DNA of 64,000 nucleotides from NCBI GenBank assembly GCA_951812955.1, contig OX638340.1, forward strand, positions 416,001 through 480,000, written 5' to 3'. This document shows positions 27,834-38,657 of the stretch, in pieces (the stretch's first letter is position 1; every line of letters begins with the position of its first letter). The position numbers and the translations under genes were made by a program. The notes under the pieces are model-generated. The model worked only from the letters and a program-made list of their open reading frames with translations. It was not told where the DNA came from and made no database searches. The stretch is from an uncultured Gemmatimonadota bacterium (GTDB lineage Bacteria > JAAXHH01).

Positions 27834-29269
27834 CACGACCCAATCTGCTCTACATTTTCACTGACCAGCAGCGTGCCGACACGCTGGCCTGCTACGGCAA
27901 TCACCAGATTGAAACCCCTGCGCTCAACAGACTGGCCGAGGACAGTTTCGTCTTCGAAAACGCCTACGTGAGCCAGCCCGTATGCAGTCCGGCCCGGGCA
28001 ACCATGCTTACCGGCCTCTGGCCCCACACGGCGGGCGTCCCGTCCTGCAACGTACCGCTGGCCTGCGACAAGCCGACCATCGCCGAGATGCTTCCGGCGG
28101 AATACGATACGGCCTTCATGGGGAAGTGGCACCTGGGAGACGAGATCTTCCCCCAGCACGGCTTTAAGACCTGGGTGGGTACGGAAGACCAATATCGAAG
28201 CGGATACTCGGAAACGGATCGGTTGGCCGAAGTCAGCGACTATCATCACTTCCTCGTGGATAAGGGGCACACGCCCGACATCGAGCTGCTGGGACAAAGG
28301 GTTTTTTCGAGACACTATGCGGCGTCCCTGCCCGAGGAATCCACCAAGGCATGGTACCTGGGCGAACGGGCGGCCGACTACATCAATAATCAGGGCGACG
28401 ACCCCTTCACCCTGTGCGTCAGCTACCTGGAACCCCATCCTCCGCACACCGGTCCGTTGAACGACTTCTACAACCCGGACAGCCTGCCGACCGGGCCGGC
28501 CTTCATGCGGCAGCCACCCTTCGACGCACCGCTTCTCGTCCGTTTGATGGCGGCCTTCTACATGCAGTCGGAGAACTACGGACTGGATCTGCGGACCGAG
28601 GCGGGCTGGCGGGCCTTGATGGCACGGTACTGGGGCAACGTTACCCTGGTGGACCGTTCGGTGGGGAGGATTTTGAAAGCCCTCGAAGAAAGCGGCAAGG
28701 CCGATGACACCATCGTCGTGTTCACTTCGGACCACGGAGAGTTGATGGGCGATCATGGCATCCTAGGCAAGACGCTCATGTACGAGGAGTCCATCAAGGT
28801 GCCGATGTTGCTGCGCGCGCCCATGCTGGATCACGAATCGCGACAAATCGGCGGCCGGTTCAGCCATATCGACCTCGTGCCCACCCTGATGGAGTTATTG
28901 GGCCTCGAGCGACCGGACAGGTTGCAAGGTCGAAGCCGCGTGCCCGTGCTGCAGGGGCACGAGAACCTGGATAATGATGATGTGTTCGTCGAGTGGAGCG
29001 GAGAGGACGGCCATGCGCGGGCCGGACTTGGGGAAGCCGAACCGAACCAGAGCATGGTGCATCAGAACCGGACGATCGTGACCGCGGAGGGATGGAAACT
29101 CAACCTGTACGGAAAAGGGCAGGGAGAGCTGTACGATTTGAACAACGATCCCTGTGAATTGGTGAACCTGTTTCATCGGGGTGAGCAGGCGGGACGGATC
29201 GGAGATCTGACGCAGCGGATTCGGGCGTGGCAGGAGGAGACTGGGGATGGGGTGGAGTTGGGGGTATAG
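27830..29269 (+). CDS. Sulfatase (formylglycine-dependent, arylsulfatase family)
   Basis: The CSPARATMLTG motif (C-x-P-x-R) is present, and the N-terminal LLYIFTDQQRAD is typical of sulfatases. The GTG start overlaps the upstream stop (GTGA). Confidence 0.85.
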   Translation: MTRPNLLYIFTDQQRADTLACYGNHQIETPALNRLAEDSFVFENAYVSQPVCSPARATMLTGLWPHTAGVPSCNVPLACDKPTIAEMLPAEYDTAFMGKWHLGDEIFPQHGFKTWVGTEDQYRSGYSETDRLAEVSDYHHFLVDKGHTPDIELLGQRVFSRHYAASLPEESTKAWYLGERAADYINNQGDDPFTLCVSYLEPHPPHTGPLNDFYNPDSLPTGPAFMRQPPFDAPLLVRLMAAFYMQSENYGLDLRTEAGWRALMARYWGNVTLVDRSVGRILKALEESGKADDTIVVFTSDHGELMGDHGILGKTLMYEESIKVPMLLRAPMLDHESRQIGGRFSHIDLVPTLMELLGLERPDRLQGRSRVPVLQGHENLDNDDVFVEWSGEDGHARAGLGEAEPNQSMVHQNRTIVTAEGWKLNLYGKGQGELYDLNNDPCELVNLFHRGEQAGRIGDLTQRIRAWQEETGDGVELGV

Positions 29270-29346
29270 CGATACTAGCGTCAATCTCATCTCAGTAAGC
29301 ACACTCACTGAAAGATGATCCGGAACGATACAAGGAAATCCAGAAC

Positions 29347-30153
29347 ATGGCCATGACCGACGAAGAACGCTTCCGATTCGACTTGACCGGATTTTTAGTG
29401 CGCCCGGCCATTCTCACGGCGGACGAAGTAAAAGAAATCCGAGAGCAGATCTACCTGATCAAGCACGATCCGGAGTCGCTCCCGCCCGAACATCGAGACG
29501 TCCCCGGTGGACCGTCGAGCATTCTAATCGATCATCCCGCTGTCATCGACGTCATCTCGGAGATCATCAGTCCCGATTTTCGGCTGGAGAACTGCAGTTG
29601 TGTCTGGCGCAATAAGGGGGAAGAACACGGGGAACTTCACGGCGGGGGTCCCAACCAGATCGATCCCATTTTTGGCTACCGCGTGCAGCGGGAACGCATC
29701 TATGCTGGTATGGTCCGGGTGATTTTCGAGTTTACGGATATAAAAATGGAGGACCAGAGCACGCACTTCGTGGTAGGCAGCCACAAGGCCAACTTCCCCA
29801 TGCATCCAGATCACAAGTCGTTGGAGCCTGGGAAACGGAGTGATTTCCTGATGACTTATGCCTGTCCCGCAGGCAGCGCTGTGTTCTTCACCGAGAACCT
29901 GTGTCACGCCGGCCCCAAGTGGAACCGGGACGAGCCCAGGGTTACCGTCCTCAACGCCTATTCCCACCTGGCCACCCACTGGCACCGGTTGAAAACTCCG
30001 CCAGAGGTCATTGCTGGGCTGCCTCGCGAGAAGCAGGTCTACTTCCGCGAAACGTGGATCGCCGATTTTCGATCGAATCCTGCCACGATCAATACAGCGG
30101 AACGCTTCCTGGGCAACGACGAACCGCCCATAGACTCGGATAACGAACCCTAG
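29347..30153 (+). CDS. Phytanoyl-CoA dioxygenase (PhyH) family protein, second copy
   Basis: 268 aa with a PhyH-like HxD...H arrangement (HGGGP...H). Confidence 0.7.
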   Translation: MAMTDEERFRFDLTGFLVRPAILTADEVKEIREQIYLIKHDPESLPPEHRDVPGGPSSILIDHPAVIDVISEIISPDFRLENCSCVWRNKGEEHGELHGGGPNQIDPIFGYRVQRERIYAGMVRVIFEFTDIKMEDQSTHFVVGSHKANFPMHPDHKSLEPGKRSDFLMTYACPAGSAVFFTENLCHAGPKWNRDEPRVTVLNAYSHLATHWHRLKTPPEVIAGLPREKQVYFRETWIADFRSNPATINTAERFLGNDEPPIDSDNEP

Positions 30154-30211
30154 AATCAATCCTTGAAAGTATGGGGCCGGTTGGGTTGGATGCCTGGTCC
30201 GCTACAGCACG

Positions 30212-31429
30212 CTAGGGCCTTACGATGCTGCCATCCGCCCTCCGGTCCTCCGCGGCATAGCGCGGCATAGCCGCATCCTCTGCGTCCAGCAACCTGGCCG
30301 CTGCGTCCTCGTCGATGTCCAGCCCCAATCCCGGATTGTCGTTCGCGTAGAGATGCCCGTCCGCCAGCACGCACGCCCCGGGGAACGCCGCGTATTCCGA
30401 TTCGCTGAAGGTGTTCTCTTCCTGGATCCCGAAGCTCCAGCTTGACATGTCGAGATGAACGGCCGCGGCCTGGTTGACCGGGTCGTTGTCTCCCCCTTCC
30501 TGCCAGGCCGTGTTGATGCCGAAGGATTCGCACAGGTTCGCGATCTTCCGGCACGGGGTGATGCCGCCCGCCTTGGAAACCCGTACCCGGACGTAATCGA
30601 TCAGGCGCTCGGTGATGAGGGGCGTCCATTCGTGGGGATTCACGAAGAGTTCGCCCATGGCCTGCGGCGTCGTGCATTGCTCCCGAATCAGGCGGTACCA
30701 CTGGACCTGCTCGGGGGACAGGACGTCCTCCAGAAAGAACAGGCGGTAGGGTTCGAGGCGCTTGGACAGGGCGACAGCGGACTGGGGCCGCAGGTGCTCG
30801 TGGACGTCATGGGTCAGTTTGGGGCCGAATCCGAGCTTCGAGCGCAGATACTCGAACATGTTCGGAATGGCCTCGATGTAGGCCTCGTCGTCGAAGACCT
30901 GGTCTGCGGGCCAGGCGTTGGCGGGGCGAGGTGCGTCTTCCGATGGAATGAACCCCCCGCCGCCGTAACCACCCAGCTGGCAGCGGACCACAGGAAACCC
31001 TTCATCAAGGTAGCCCTGTATGGCTTCCAGCAGGGTTTCGGGGGTACCACCGCCCGCGTGGGCGTAGCAGGGGACGGCGCTCCGGCAAGCGCCGCCCAGG
31101 AGCTGGTAGACGGGCATCCCCGCCTCCTTGCCCTTGATGTCCCACAGCGCCATGTCGATGCCGCTCAGAGCCGTGTTGGTGATGGCCCCGTTCCGCCAGT
31201 ACCCGCTCGTGTAGAAGGTCTGCCAGATGTCCTCGATGCGGCTGACGTCGCGGCCGATGAGTTTCGGGGCCAGCATGGACTCGATGGCCTCGATGACGGC
31301 GCCCTGGTGGTAGTGGTCGCTCGCCGATCCGATGCCGTGCAGTCCGGGCTGGTTCGTGGTGATCTTGACGATGCCCCAGGTTCCGTTCGATCGCGTCCGG
31401 ATACACTTCACCCCGGTGATGGTGGTCAC
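30212..31429 (-). CDS. Enolase-superfamily dehydratase, mandelate racemase subgroup (D-mannonate / D-galactonate dehydratase ManD-like)
   Basis: 405 aa. The N-terminal capping domain (ITGVKCIRTRSNGTWGIVKITTNQPGLHGIG) and the barrel-domain metal ligands are typical of the ManD family. Confidence 0.8.
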   Translation of the reverse strand: MTTITGVKCIRTRSNGTWGIVKITTNQPGLHGIGSASDHYHQGAVIEAIESMLAPKLIGRDVSRIEDIWQTFYTSGYWRNGAITNTALSGIDMALWDIKGKEAGMPVYQLLGGACRSAVPCYAHAGGGTPETLLEAIQGYLDEGFPVVRCQLGGYGGGGFIPSEDAPRPANAWPADQVFDDEAYIEAIPNMFEYLRSKLGFGPKLTHDVHEHLRPQSAVALSKRLEPYRLFFLEDVLSPEQVQWYRLIREQCTTPQAMGELFVNPHEWTPLITERLIDYVRVRVSKAGGITPCRKIANLCESFGINTAWQEGGDNDPVNQAAAVHLDMSSWSFGIQEENTFSESEYAAFPGACVLADGHLYANDNPGLGLDIDEDAAARLLDAEDAAMPRYAAEDRRADGSIVRP

Positions 31430-31522
31430 GTTCCGCTCCTTGGATTGCGGTGTAGTTGCAGTCGCACGGCTTGTGTTGAATCTGTGTTGGACCAGTGTTT
31501 CGGATGCTACGGGCTACGGTGT

Positions 31523-32293
31523 CTAATCGGCCGTTACCCGCTCGCCGTCCATGAGAAAGGGCTCCGCGTTGCTCCAGTTTCGTGTCCCGTCCTCTGTGAG
31601 GATCGGTTCCGCCGAGTACTGGGTCAGGTATACGCGACGCCAGCCGTCTGAGGTATTCGTACTGCTTCTGTGGAAGGAGACGCTGGAGAATACCAGGATA
31701 CTTCCGGCCGGCGCGACCACCGGTATGCCGGGATCATCGCCGTAATAGCCTATCTTGTCGTTGGATTCATCCAGGATGCTGTGTTCCTGCCGGTGCCGGG
31801 TCCCCGCACGGGAGAAGGGCAGGACATAGACCGTGCCGTTTTCCTCGTTCACGTCGTCCAGGGCGGCCCAGCAGCTCATGTAGGGCCGGTGGTCGAATCC
31901 CACGTAGCCCGAATCCTGGTGCCAGCCGAACTTCATGCCGACTTCGGGTCCCTTCACCACGAACTGCTCATGGAACAGGTAGGCGGTGGGTCCCAGGGTG
32001 CTCCGGCAGATTTCGGCCATGAGATCGCTGAAAATGTACGGACGCAGGCTGGGGTTCTCCCGGTGCCGATTGGAAACGAAGTACCTCTTGCCCTTGTGAT
32101 TGATTCCCCGTGTGGTCTCGTCTGCCTCGGCCATCTGGGCTTCCATTTCCTCGGTCAGCCGATCGCACTCGCCGCGTATGTACGCCAGCATCGCGTCGTC
32201 CATGGCCGACTCGAGGATGAAGTACCCTTCCTCTTGGTACTGCTCTTTCTGTTCTACCGTTATTTCGACAGGTTGCGCCTTGGTTTCCGTCAT
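31523..32293 (-). CDS. Phytanoyl-CoA dioxygenase (PhyH) family protein, third copy
   Basis: 256 aa. The WHQD...H motif is typical of PhyH-family Fe/2OG oxygenases. Confidence 0.7.
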   Translation of the reverse strand: MTETKAQPVEITVEQKEQYQEEGYFILESAMDDAMLAYIRGECDRLTEEMEAQMAEADETTRGINHKGKRYFVSNRHRENPSLRPYIFSDLMAEICRSTLGPTAYLFHEQFVVKGPEVGMKFGWHQDSGYVGFDHRPYMSCWAALDDVNEENGTVYVLPFSRAGTRHRQEHSILDESNDKIGYYGDDPGIPVVAPAGSILVFSSVSFHRSSTNTSDGWRRVYLTQYSAEPILTEDGTRNWSNAEPFLMDGERVTAD

Positions 32294-33051
32294 TATCCCC
32301 GTCCTATGTAGGGCATGGTCGTCGCCATGACTGTTATGAACTGTACGTTGGCGTCAAGGGACAAACCGGCCATGAAGACGATGGCGTCGGCCACGTTCTT
32401 CACGTGCATCCGCGCCTCGGCCACCAGGTCGCCGCTCGGCTGCAGGATGCCCTCTTTCATCCGCTCCGTCATTTCCGTGGCCGCGTTGCCGATGTCGATC
32501 TGGCCGCAGGCGATGTTGTATTTCCGGCCATCGAGGGAAGTCGAACGCGTCAAACCGGTTACGGCGTGTTTCGTAGCCGTGTACGGCGCCGAATTCGGCC
32601 GCGGCACCTGGGCGGAAACCGACCCGTTGTTGATGATCCGGCCGCCTTGCGGGTCCTGGTCCTTCATGATCTTGAAGGCTTCCCTGGTACAAAGGAAGGA
32701 ACCGGTCAGGTTGACGTCCACCACGGTCTGCCACTGTTCGGCCGTCAGTTCCTCTAGGAGTACCGCGGGCGCGCCGGTTCCCGCATTGTTGAACAGCAAG
32801 TCCAGCCGTCCGTAGGCCGCCTTTGTTTCGGCGAAGAGACGTTCGACCTGCGAAGCATCGCCCACGTCCGTTGGGACGACGACCAGTCGATCCGCGGCGT
32901 CGCCGGCTTCGGTCACGGTCGACTCCAAAGCTTCCCTTCTCCTTCCAGCAAGTACCACGCTGAAGCCCGCGTCAAGCAGGGCGAGGGAACAGGCCTTGCC
33001 TATCCCGGAACCCGCCCCGGTCACTACGGCGACTTTCTTACCTGCGCTCAT
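32293..33051 (-). CDS. Short-chain dehydrogenase/reductase (SDR)
   Basis: The TGAGSGIG cofactor motif and the YxxxK catalytic motif (YTATKHAV) are present. Confidence 0.85.
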   Translation of the reverse strand: MSAGKKVAVVTGAGSGIGKACSLALLDAGFSVVLAGRRREALESTVTEAGDAADRLVVVPTDVGDASQVERLFAETKAAYGRLDLLFNNAGTGAPAVLLEELTAEQWQTVVDVNLTGSFLCTREAFKIMKDQDPQGGRIINNGSVSAQVPRPNSAPYTATKHAVTGLTRSTSLDGRKYNIACGQIDIGNAATEMTERMKEGILQPSGDLVAEARMHVKNVADAIVFMAGLSLDANVQFITVMATTMPYIGRG

Positions 33052-33278
33052 GCTGTGCTCCTATCTCAGGTGTAGATACAATGTTTATACGTCCCTCAGT
33101 TAATTTTACATCCATTTGGTTCTCGGTTATTCGTCCATCAGTTTACCGGGTATATACGTCGATCATCGCTATGGTCATGCTGTTTGTCGATTCGTCTCTG
33201 CAACTAACAAATCCGGGATGGCTCCTGCAATCTTTTTTCACGAATACGGGTCCGCTGCGTCATGCTCGGCATCATACA

Positions 33279-34352
33279 TCACGAATACGGATCCGCTGCG
33301 TCGCGCAAGGCGTCTCCCAGGAAGTTGAAGGCTATGACGACGACCAGGACGGGGGCTGCGGGAAACAGCAGCCATGGATGGTTGAGCAGCACGGTCACCC
33401 GCTGCGCTTCCTCGAGCAGGACGCCCCAGCTGGTCATGGGAGGCCGGATGCCCAGTCCGAGAAAACTCAGGGCGGTTTCGCCCAGGATCATGCCGGGGAT
33501 GGCCAGTGTGGCCACGACGATGATGTGGCTGTAGCACCCGGGCATCAGGTGGCGCGAGATGATGTACCAGTGTCCCGCGCCAGCAGACCGCGCTGCCGTG
33601 GTGTAATCCTGTTCCCGGAAAACGAGGACCTTGCCCCGGACTTCGCGCGCCAGGCCGCCCCAGCTGATGATGGACAGGATGATGGTGATGCCCAGGTAGG
33701 TTTCGATACTCGTCCACCCGGCCGGTAGCGCAGCCCCGAGGGCCATCCAGAGCGGAATTGGCGGAAAAGACGCCAGGATTTCGACGACACGCTGCAGGGC
33801 GTGGTCTATCCAGCCACCGAAGTACCCTGACAGCGTGCCCAGGACGGAGCCCAGGATCAGGCTGAGGAAAACGCCGATGATTCCTACCGTGAGGGAGACC
33901 CGGGCGCCGTGGAAGATGCGCGAGAGCAGGTCGCGCCCCATGCGGTCCGTACCGAGCAGGTACATGGGACCCGCTGAATGGACCAGCCGGAAGTCTCCGC
34001 CCCCGTCACGCGACAGAAACCGGACCGGGAACCGTTGAGAACGGTCCGTCTCGTACTCCAGTTCCAGCGTTTCCGGGTTCTGCGTGGAAGTCAGTCCGTT
34101 GACGTAGAACCCGGCGGACCAGTCGAAATGCAAATCCTGGGGTGGAAGATATCGGACCTGGATCCGGATGTCGTTGTGGTCGTACGGGGAGAAAAAACCG
34201 GCGAATAACGCCACCAGGTAGAACAGTCCCAGGATCGCCCCCGCCGCGATCCCCATGCGGTTCTTCCGGAACCGACGCCAAATCAGCGTGCGGTAGCTCA
34301 GATAGCCCGCATCCCGGACCGTTTCTGCCTGATCGACCGTGGTCGTAGTCAT
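33279..34352 (-). CDS. Peptide/nickel ABC transporter permease (DppC/OppC type)
   Basis: It has the BPD_transp_1 core with an N-terminal OppC extension. Other dpp genes flank it. Confidence 0.85.
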   Translation of the reverse strand: MTTTTVDQAETVRDAGYLSYRTLIWRRFRKNRMGIAAGAILGLFYLVALFAGFFSPYDHNDIRIQVRYLPPQDLHFDWSAGFYVNGLTSTQNPETLELEYETDRSQRFPVRFLSRDGGGDFRLVHSAGPMYLLGTDRMGRDLLSRIFHGARVSLTVGIIGVFLSLILGSVLGTLSGYFGGWIDHALQRVVEILASFPPIPLWMALGAALPAGWTSIETYLGITIILSIISWGGLAREVRGKVLVFREQDYTTAARSAGAGHWYIISRHLMPGCYSHIIVVATLAIPGMILGETALSFLGLGIRPPMTSWGVLLEEAQRVTVLLNHPWLLFPAAPVLVVVIAFNFLGDALRDAADPYS

Positions 34353-34356
34353 GGGT

Positions 34357-34440
34357 TTGCTCCGCTTGCGCCGCTTACTCCGAGAACGCTTGCTCCGCTT
34401 GTTCCGCTTAGTCCGCTTGCTCCGCTTTGTCCGCGAACGC
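34357..34440. repeat. Array of about eight imperfect 9-bp tandem repeats (minus-strand unit CAAGCGGAG) in the dppB-dppC intergenic space
   Basis: The plus strand reads gctccgcttg cgccgcttac tccgagaacgcttg ctccgcttg ttccgctta gtccgcttg ctccgcttt gtccgcg. It contains in-frame stops, so it is untranslated. It sits inside an operon. Confidence 0.5.
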
Positions 34441-34466
34441 TGCCATTCATTAAAAGGCCAACTGCA

Positions 34467-35453
34467 CTAGTCATATCGTATCCTCGGATCCGCCCAGGCC
34501 AGCGCGATGTCGGCCAGGATATTGCCGATGATCAGAAGCAGGCTGAACATCATCAGCAGGGTACCCGCCAGGTAAATGTCCTCGGCGACCAGGGCCCGTA
34601 GCAGCAGCGGCCCCACGGTAGGCAATCCCAGGACGATCGCCACGATCGTGGCCCCGGAGAGGATGTTGGGCAGGCTCATGCCCAGGATCGTGATCAGCGG
34701 ATTGATGGCGATGCGCGCCGCGTGCTTTATGACGACGACGGATTCCTTAAGGCCCTTGGCGCGGGCTGTCTGCACGAAAGGCTGGCCCAGGACGTCCAGC
34801 AGGTTGCCGCGCATGATACGCATGAGCCCGGCCGTGCCGTTGATGCCCACCACGATGACCGGGATCCAGAGGTGCTTCAGGAAATCGACAAGCTTGTCCC
34901 ATGTCCATGGCGCTCCTTCGTACTCGCTCGAGAAAAGCCCGAACAAGGGTATCCTGTAGATCTCGAACACGAAGACCAGGAGGGCCAGGGCCAGCAGGAA
35001 ACCCGGCATGGACATGCCGATGAAGCTGATGAAGGACAGCACGTTGTCGGATAGACGGTACTGGTGGGTGGCCGAGTAGATACCGATGGGTATCGCCACG
35101 GCGTAGGTGAACATCAGGGCGCCCAGGGCGATGAGCACGGTAAAGGCAAGCCGGTCCCAGATCAGCTGGTTGACTTCCTGCTCGTATTCGAAGGACTCGC
35201 CGAAATCGCCCACGACGAACCCTGATATCCAGTCCACGTACTGCCGCCACATGGGCTGGTCCAGGCCGTAACGTTCGCGAAGTTCATCGATGCGCGCGAT
35301 GGAGCTGCTGTCACCGTACATTTCTTCCAGCTCCTGGATCTTGCGGTCCAGGAAATCACCCTCCGGCAACTGGATGATGACGAACCCTATCATCGATATG
35401 GCCAGGAGGGTCGGGATGGCGAGGAGACAGCGCTGTATGACGTAATGGATCAT
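34467..35453 (-). CDS. Peptide ABC transporter permease (DppB/OppB type)
   Basis: 328 aa. The typical N-terminal TM helix plus BPD_transp_1 domain are present. Confidence 0.85.
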   Translation of the reverse strand: MIHYVIQRCLLAIPTLLAISMIGFVIIQLPEGDFLDRKIQELEEMYGDSSSIARIDELRERYGLDQPMWRQYVDWISGFVVGDFGESFEYEQEVNQLIWDRLAFTVLIALGALMFTYAVAIPIGIYSATHQYRLSDNVLSFISFIGMSMPGFLLALALLVFVFEIYRIPLFGLFSSEYEGAPWTWDKLVDFLKHLWIPVIVVGINGTAGLMRIMRGNLLDVLGQPFVQTARAKGLKESVVVIKHAARIAINPLITILGMSLPNILSGATIVAIVLGLPTVGPLLLRALVAEDIYLAGTLLMMFSLLLIIGNILADIALAWADPRIRYD

Positions 35454-35518
35454 GGGTTAACCAGGGGACAGGCCGCGGTCCATGGACTGCCCGGCATGCG
35501 GTATGTGTGATCATCCCT

Positions 35519-37477
35519 TCAGTCGATGTAAAACTGCTCGGGGAAACTCGTCGCGGGACCCGCGATGGCCCACGGGCCGAGTATTCCGCTGTCGGGTACG
35601 TTATGGAAGTTGTTCTTCACGATGACGGGCTTGGGCGTACGAGCTACCGTGCCCAGATGAAAGGGTCCATGTTCGATGTGGATCCGCACGGCGTCCTGTA
35701 CCAGCCGATGACGGGCGTCCAGGTCCTTCTCCCGCTTGATCCGGTCGTAGATATCGAGCAGTGCGACCATGACGCCCGTGGGCGCCTCGCCCTTTTCGCC
35801 GCCCGTTTCGTACCACTTGCCCACCTTGGGATGCCAGTATTTCCCAGACGTTGGAAACACCCAGTCGGGGTAGGTGAACAGGTCCATTTCCGCCTCGCCG
35901 TGGAGATGGGCGGTGAACTCGCCGAGGTCGCGACGCAGTTTCAATTCGGCGCCGGGTGGCGTATAGACTAGGACGTCCAGTCCCAGTTCCCGCCAACCCT
36001 CGGCCACGATCAGGGCGACGTCATTCTCGTGGGCGATGTGCGCCGCCGCCGGCGCGTCCAGCACGAGGGTCAGCCGCTGGCCATCGGGACGAACCCGGTA
36101 CCCTTCGGCGTCACGGCGGGTAAGCCCCATCTCGTCGAGCAGCCTGTTCGCCATTTCCAAGTCGAATTCCGCGTCGGTAGCCTTCCACAGGTCGAAGAGC
36201 CGTGCGCCCTCCGTGTCCAGGAAATGCCAGCCTTCCTCGCTCACGGTGGCGCCCTGGGGCTCCACCAGGCCCTTGAAGGCGACGGCGTTGCATTTCTCGC
36301 GGTCGATGGCCGCGGCGAGGGCCTTCCGGAATCGCTGGTCTCGTATCAGGCCGCGGAGGACCGGGTCGTTGTCCGACCAGTTGAGGTTGATCGCGGGATC
36401 CGCGCCGGATGCACTCTCCCACAATTTGACCCGGTATCCGCCCTTTTCCCGGCTTTCCATGAAGAGCGAGAAGTCCCGCAGGTCGAGATCACGGAACTGG
36501 CAGTCCACTTCTCCGGCCAGCACCCGCAGGACCCGGATCTGAGACTCAGGGACCAGGGTCGTAACCACCCTGTCGATATAAGGCAACTGGCGCCCGTTGT
36601 CATCCACGACGTAGTAGTAGGGGTTGCGTTCCAGGATCACCCGGAATCCGCCCTTCTCGATGCGGGAGATCGTCCACGGCCACAGGGAAGGCTTTTCCGG
36701 GTTGCGCTGGGGCAGCCTGTGCTTCTCGTATAACACGAAGTCGTCCACCCCGGCGTTGTGGTCCGGATGGAACTGCTTCATGTAGTGTTCCGGCACGTTA
36801 TACTCTTCGCTCCACCAGAAGCCGGTCGCCAGCCACAGGGGCACGAGCCAGTTGGGCCCGGCGAATTTCATGACGATGGTGTAGTCGTCCGGTGTTTCCA
36901 CCTCCATGGGCTTGCCGTCCACGAGACACCACACGGGCGGCGGGTAACGGTGTCGGTCGTCGAGACACAGGTCGTACCACGCGCGGAAGGAAGCCGAAGT
37001 AAAGGGATGGCCATCGGACCACCGCACGCCCTCACGCAGTTTGAGGGTCAGCGCCGTGCCGTCCTCGTTAAACGCCCACGATTCCGCCAGGCCGGGCTCG
37101 AGGCCCGTGGTCATCCGGTTCCAACGGATCAGCGGGGCGTATCCGGCGATCATCTTCCAGGTGCCGAGGTCCGTATTGTTGTGCAATTGACGCCAGGTCC
37201 CGCCGTAGACTCCGGGACCATCGTACCCTTCGTAATCATTTTTGGCCACGAGCGGGTTGGCGGGGATCCGTTCGTGAAGGGGCGGCAGGTTGCCCTCAGC
37301 TACCCGGGCGGCCAGTTGTGGCGCTTCCAGCGACGAGCGGGCCGATGCGTCGGAAACCGGTACGTCCGATGCGGGTCCGCCGCCATTGCCGGTACAGGCC
37401 AGCAGTCCGGTCAGGGCAATAAGAGGCAGGTAATTCAGTATCTCTCTCGTTCTTCGTCTCATCCGTGACTCCAACAA
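35519..37477 (-). CDS. ABC transporter substrate-binding protein, family 5 (oligopeptide/dipeptide-binding)
   Basis: 652 aa with a signal peptide and lipobox-like LLACTG. It has SBP_bac_5 architecture. Confidence 0.85.
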   Translation of the reverse strand: MLESRMRRRTREILNYLPLIALTGLLACTGNGGGPASDVPVSDASARSSLEAPQLAARVAEGNLPPLHERIPANPLVAKNDYEGYDGPGVYGGTWRQLHNNTDLGTWKMIAGYAPLIRWNRMTTGLEPGLAESWAFNEDGTALTLKLREGVRWSDGHPFTSASFRAWYDLCLDDRHRYPPPVWCLVDGKPMEVETPDDYTIVMKFAGPNWLVPLWLATGFWWSEEYNVPEHYMKQFHPDHNAGVDDFVLYEKHRLPQRNPEKPSLWPWTISRIEKGGFRVILERNPYYYVVDDNGRQLPYIDRVVTTLVPESQIRVLRVLAGEVDCQFRDLDLRDFSLFMESREKGGYRVKLWESASGADPAINLNWSDNDPVLRGLIRDQRFRKALAAAIDREKCNAVAFKGLVEPQGATVSEEGWHFLDTEGARLFDLWKATDAEFDLEMANRLLDEMGLTRRDAEGYRVRPDGQRLTLVLDAPAAAHIAHENDVALIVAEGWRELGLDVLVYTPPGAELKLRRDLGEFTAHLHGEAEMDLFTYPDWVFPTSGKYWHPKVGKWYETGGEKGEAPTGVMVALLDIYDRIKREKDLDARHRLVQDAVRIHIEHGPFHLGTVARTPKPVIVKNNFHNVPDSGILGPWAIAGPATSFPEQFYID

Positions 37478-37493
37478 TCGAATTTTTGGCCGG

Positions 37494-38492
37494 TCAAACG
37501 CCCTGGAGAGACAGCGTGTCGCTGTAATGGCACGCCGCTTCGACGCCTCCGGGGTAGGTCTTCAGCGGGGGATCGGACTCCCGGCACAGGTCGGTTGCGT
37601 ATCGACACCTCGGATGGAAATAGCACCCTTTCGGCGGCGATGCGGGATCGGGCACGTCGCCGGGCAGGGCGATGCGCTTCCGTTTCTTCTGCACCGCGGG
37701 ATCGGCCACCGGCACGGCGGAGATCAGGGCCTCCGTGTATGGGTGGAGCGGGTTGTGGTAGACCTGTTCGGAGGGACCCGTTTCCACGATCCGGCCCAGG
37801 TACATGATCGCCACCCGGTCGCTGATGTGCTGCAGCACGCTCAGGTCGTGCGTGATGAAGATATAGGACAGGTCCAGGCGGTCCTTGAGCGAGACAAGCA
37901 GGTTCAGAATCTGTGACTGGACCGATACGTCCAGCGCCGATACGGGTTCGTCCGCTATGACCAGTTCCGGCCTCAGGGAAAGAGCCCGGGCGATGCCGAT
38001 GCGCTGGCGCTGGCCACCGCTGAAGGCGTGAGGATAGCGTCGCATGTCCGCTGCGTTCAGTCCCACGTCCGCCAGCAAGCCGGCTACTTGGTCTTCCAGC
38101 TCCGACCCCCGGGCCAGCCCGTTCACACGAAGGGGTTCCCCCACGATATCACCCACCGTCATCCGTGGATTGAGGGAGGAATTCGGATCCTGGAACACCA
38201 TCTGCATCCGGCGCCGGTAGGGCTTCATTCCACGCCGGTCAAGGGAGCTCAGATTCGCCTTCTCCGCACCGAAGTAAATATCGCCCTCCGTGGACGGGAT
38301 CGTCTTCAGCACGCAGCGTCCCAGGGTGGTCTTGCCGCAACCGCTTTCGCCCGCCAGTCCCAGGGTCTCCCCTGCGTCGCAGTGGAGATCCACGCCGTCC
38401 ACTGCCCGGACGTCGCCCCGCTTGCGGCGCCATAGCCCCTTGCGGACAGGGTAGTATTTCTTCAGGTTCCGCACCTCGAGAATGGTGGACAT
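37494..38492 (-). CDS. Peptide ABC transporter ATP-binding protein (DppF/OppF type)
   Basis: Walker A (GESGCGKTT), ABC signature ([15 protein letters not shown]) and Walker B are present, plus the C-terminal oligopeptide-transporter domain. The start is taken at MSTILEV (38492). The track's 38648 start adds an implausible Cys/Arg-rich extension. Confidence 0.8.
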   Translation of the reverse strand: MSTILEVRNLKKYYPVRKGLWRRKRGDVRAVDGVDLHCDAGETLGLAGESGCGKTTLGRCVLKTIPSTEGDIYFGAEKANLSSLDRRGMKPYRRRMQMVFQDPNSSLNPRMTVGDIVGEPLRVNGLARGSELEDQVAGLLADVGLNAADMRRYPHAFSGGQRQRIGIARALSLRPELVIADEPVSALDVSVQSQILNLLVSLKDRLDLSYIFITHDLSVLQHISDRVAIMYLGRIVETGPSEQVYHNPLHPYTEALISAVPVADPAVQKKRKRIALPGDVPDPASPPKGCYFHPRCRYATDLCRESDPPLKTYPGGVEAACHYSDTLSLQGV

Positions 38493-38657
38493 GACGGGTG
38501 CTCCGTGGACATCTGCGTCTGGATGGATGAGGGCGCCGGTTGCTTCGAGGCCTGGTGGCGCTGCATGCTGGCGAACAAAACGGCAATCGCCGAAACACAG
38601 GTGGCCGGTCCTGCAAGCGGCCTGCCCACAAGCGGCCCGGGCCCGCAAACGGTCGGC

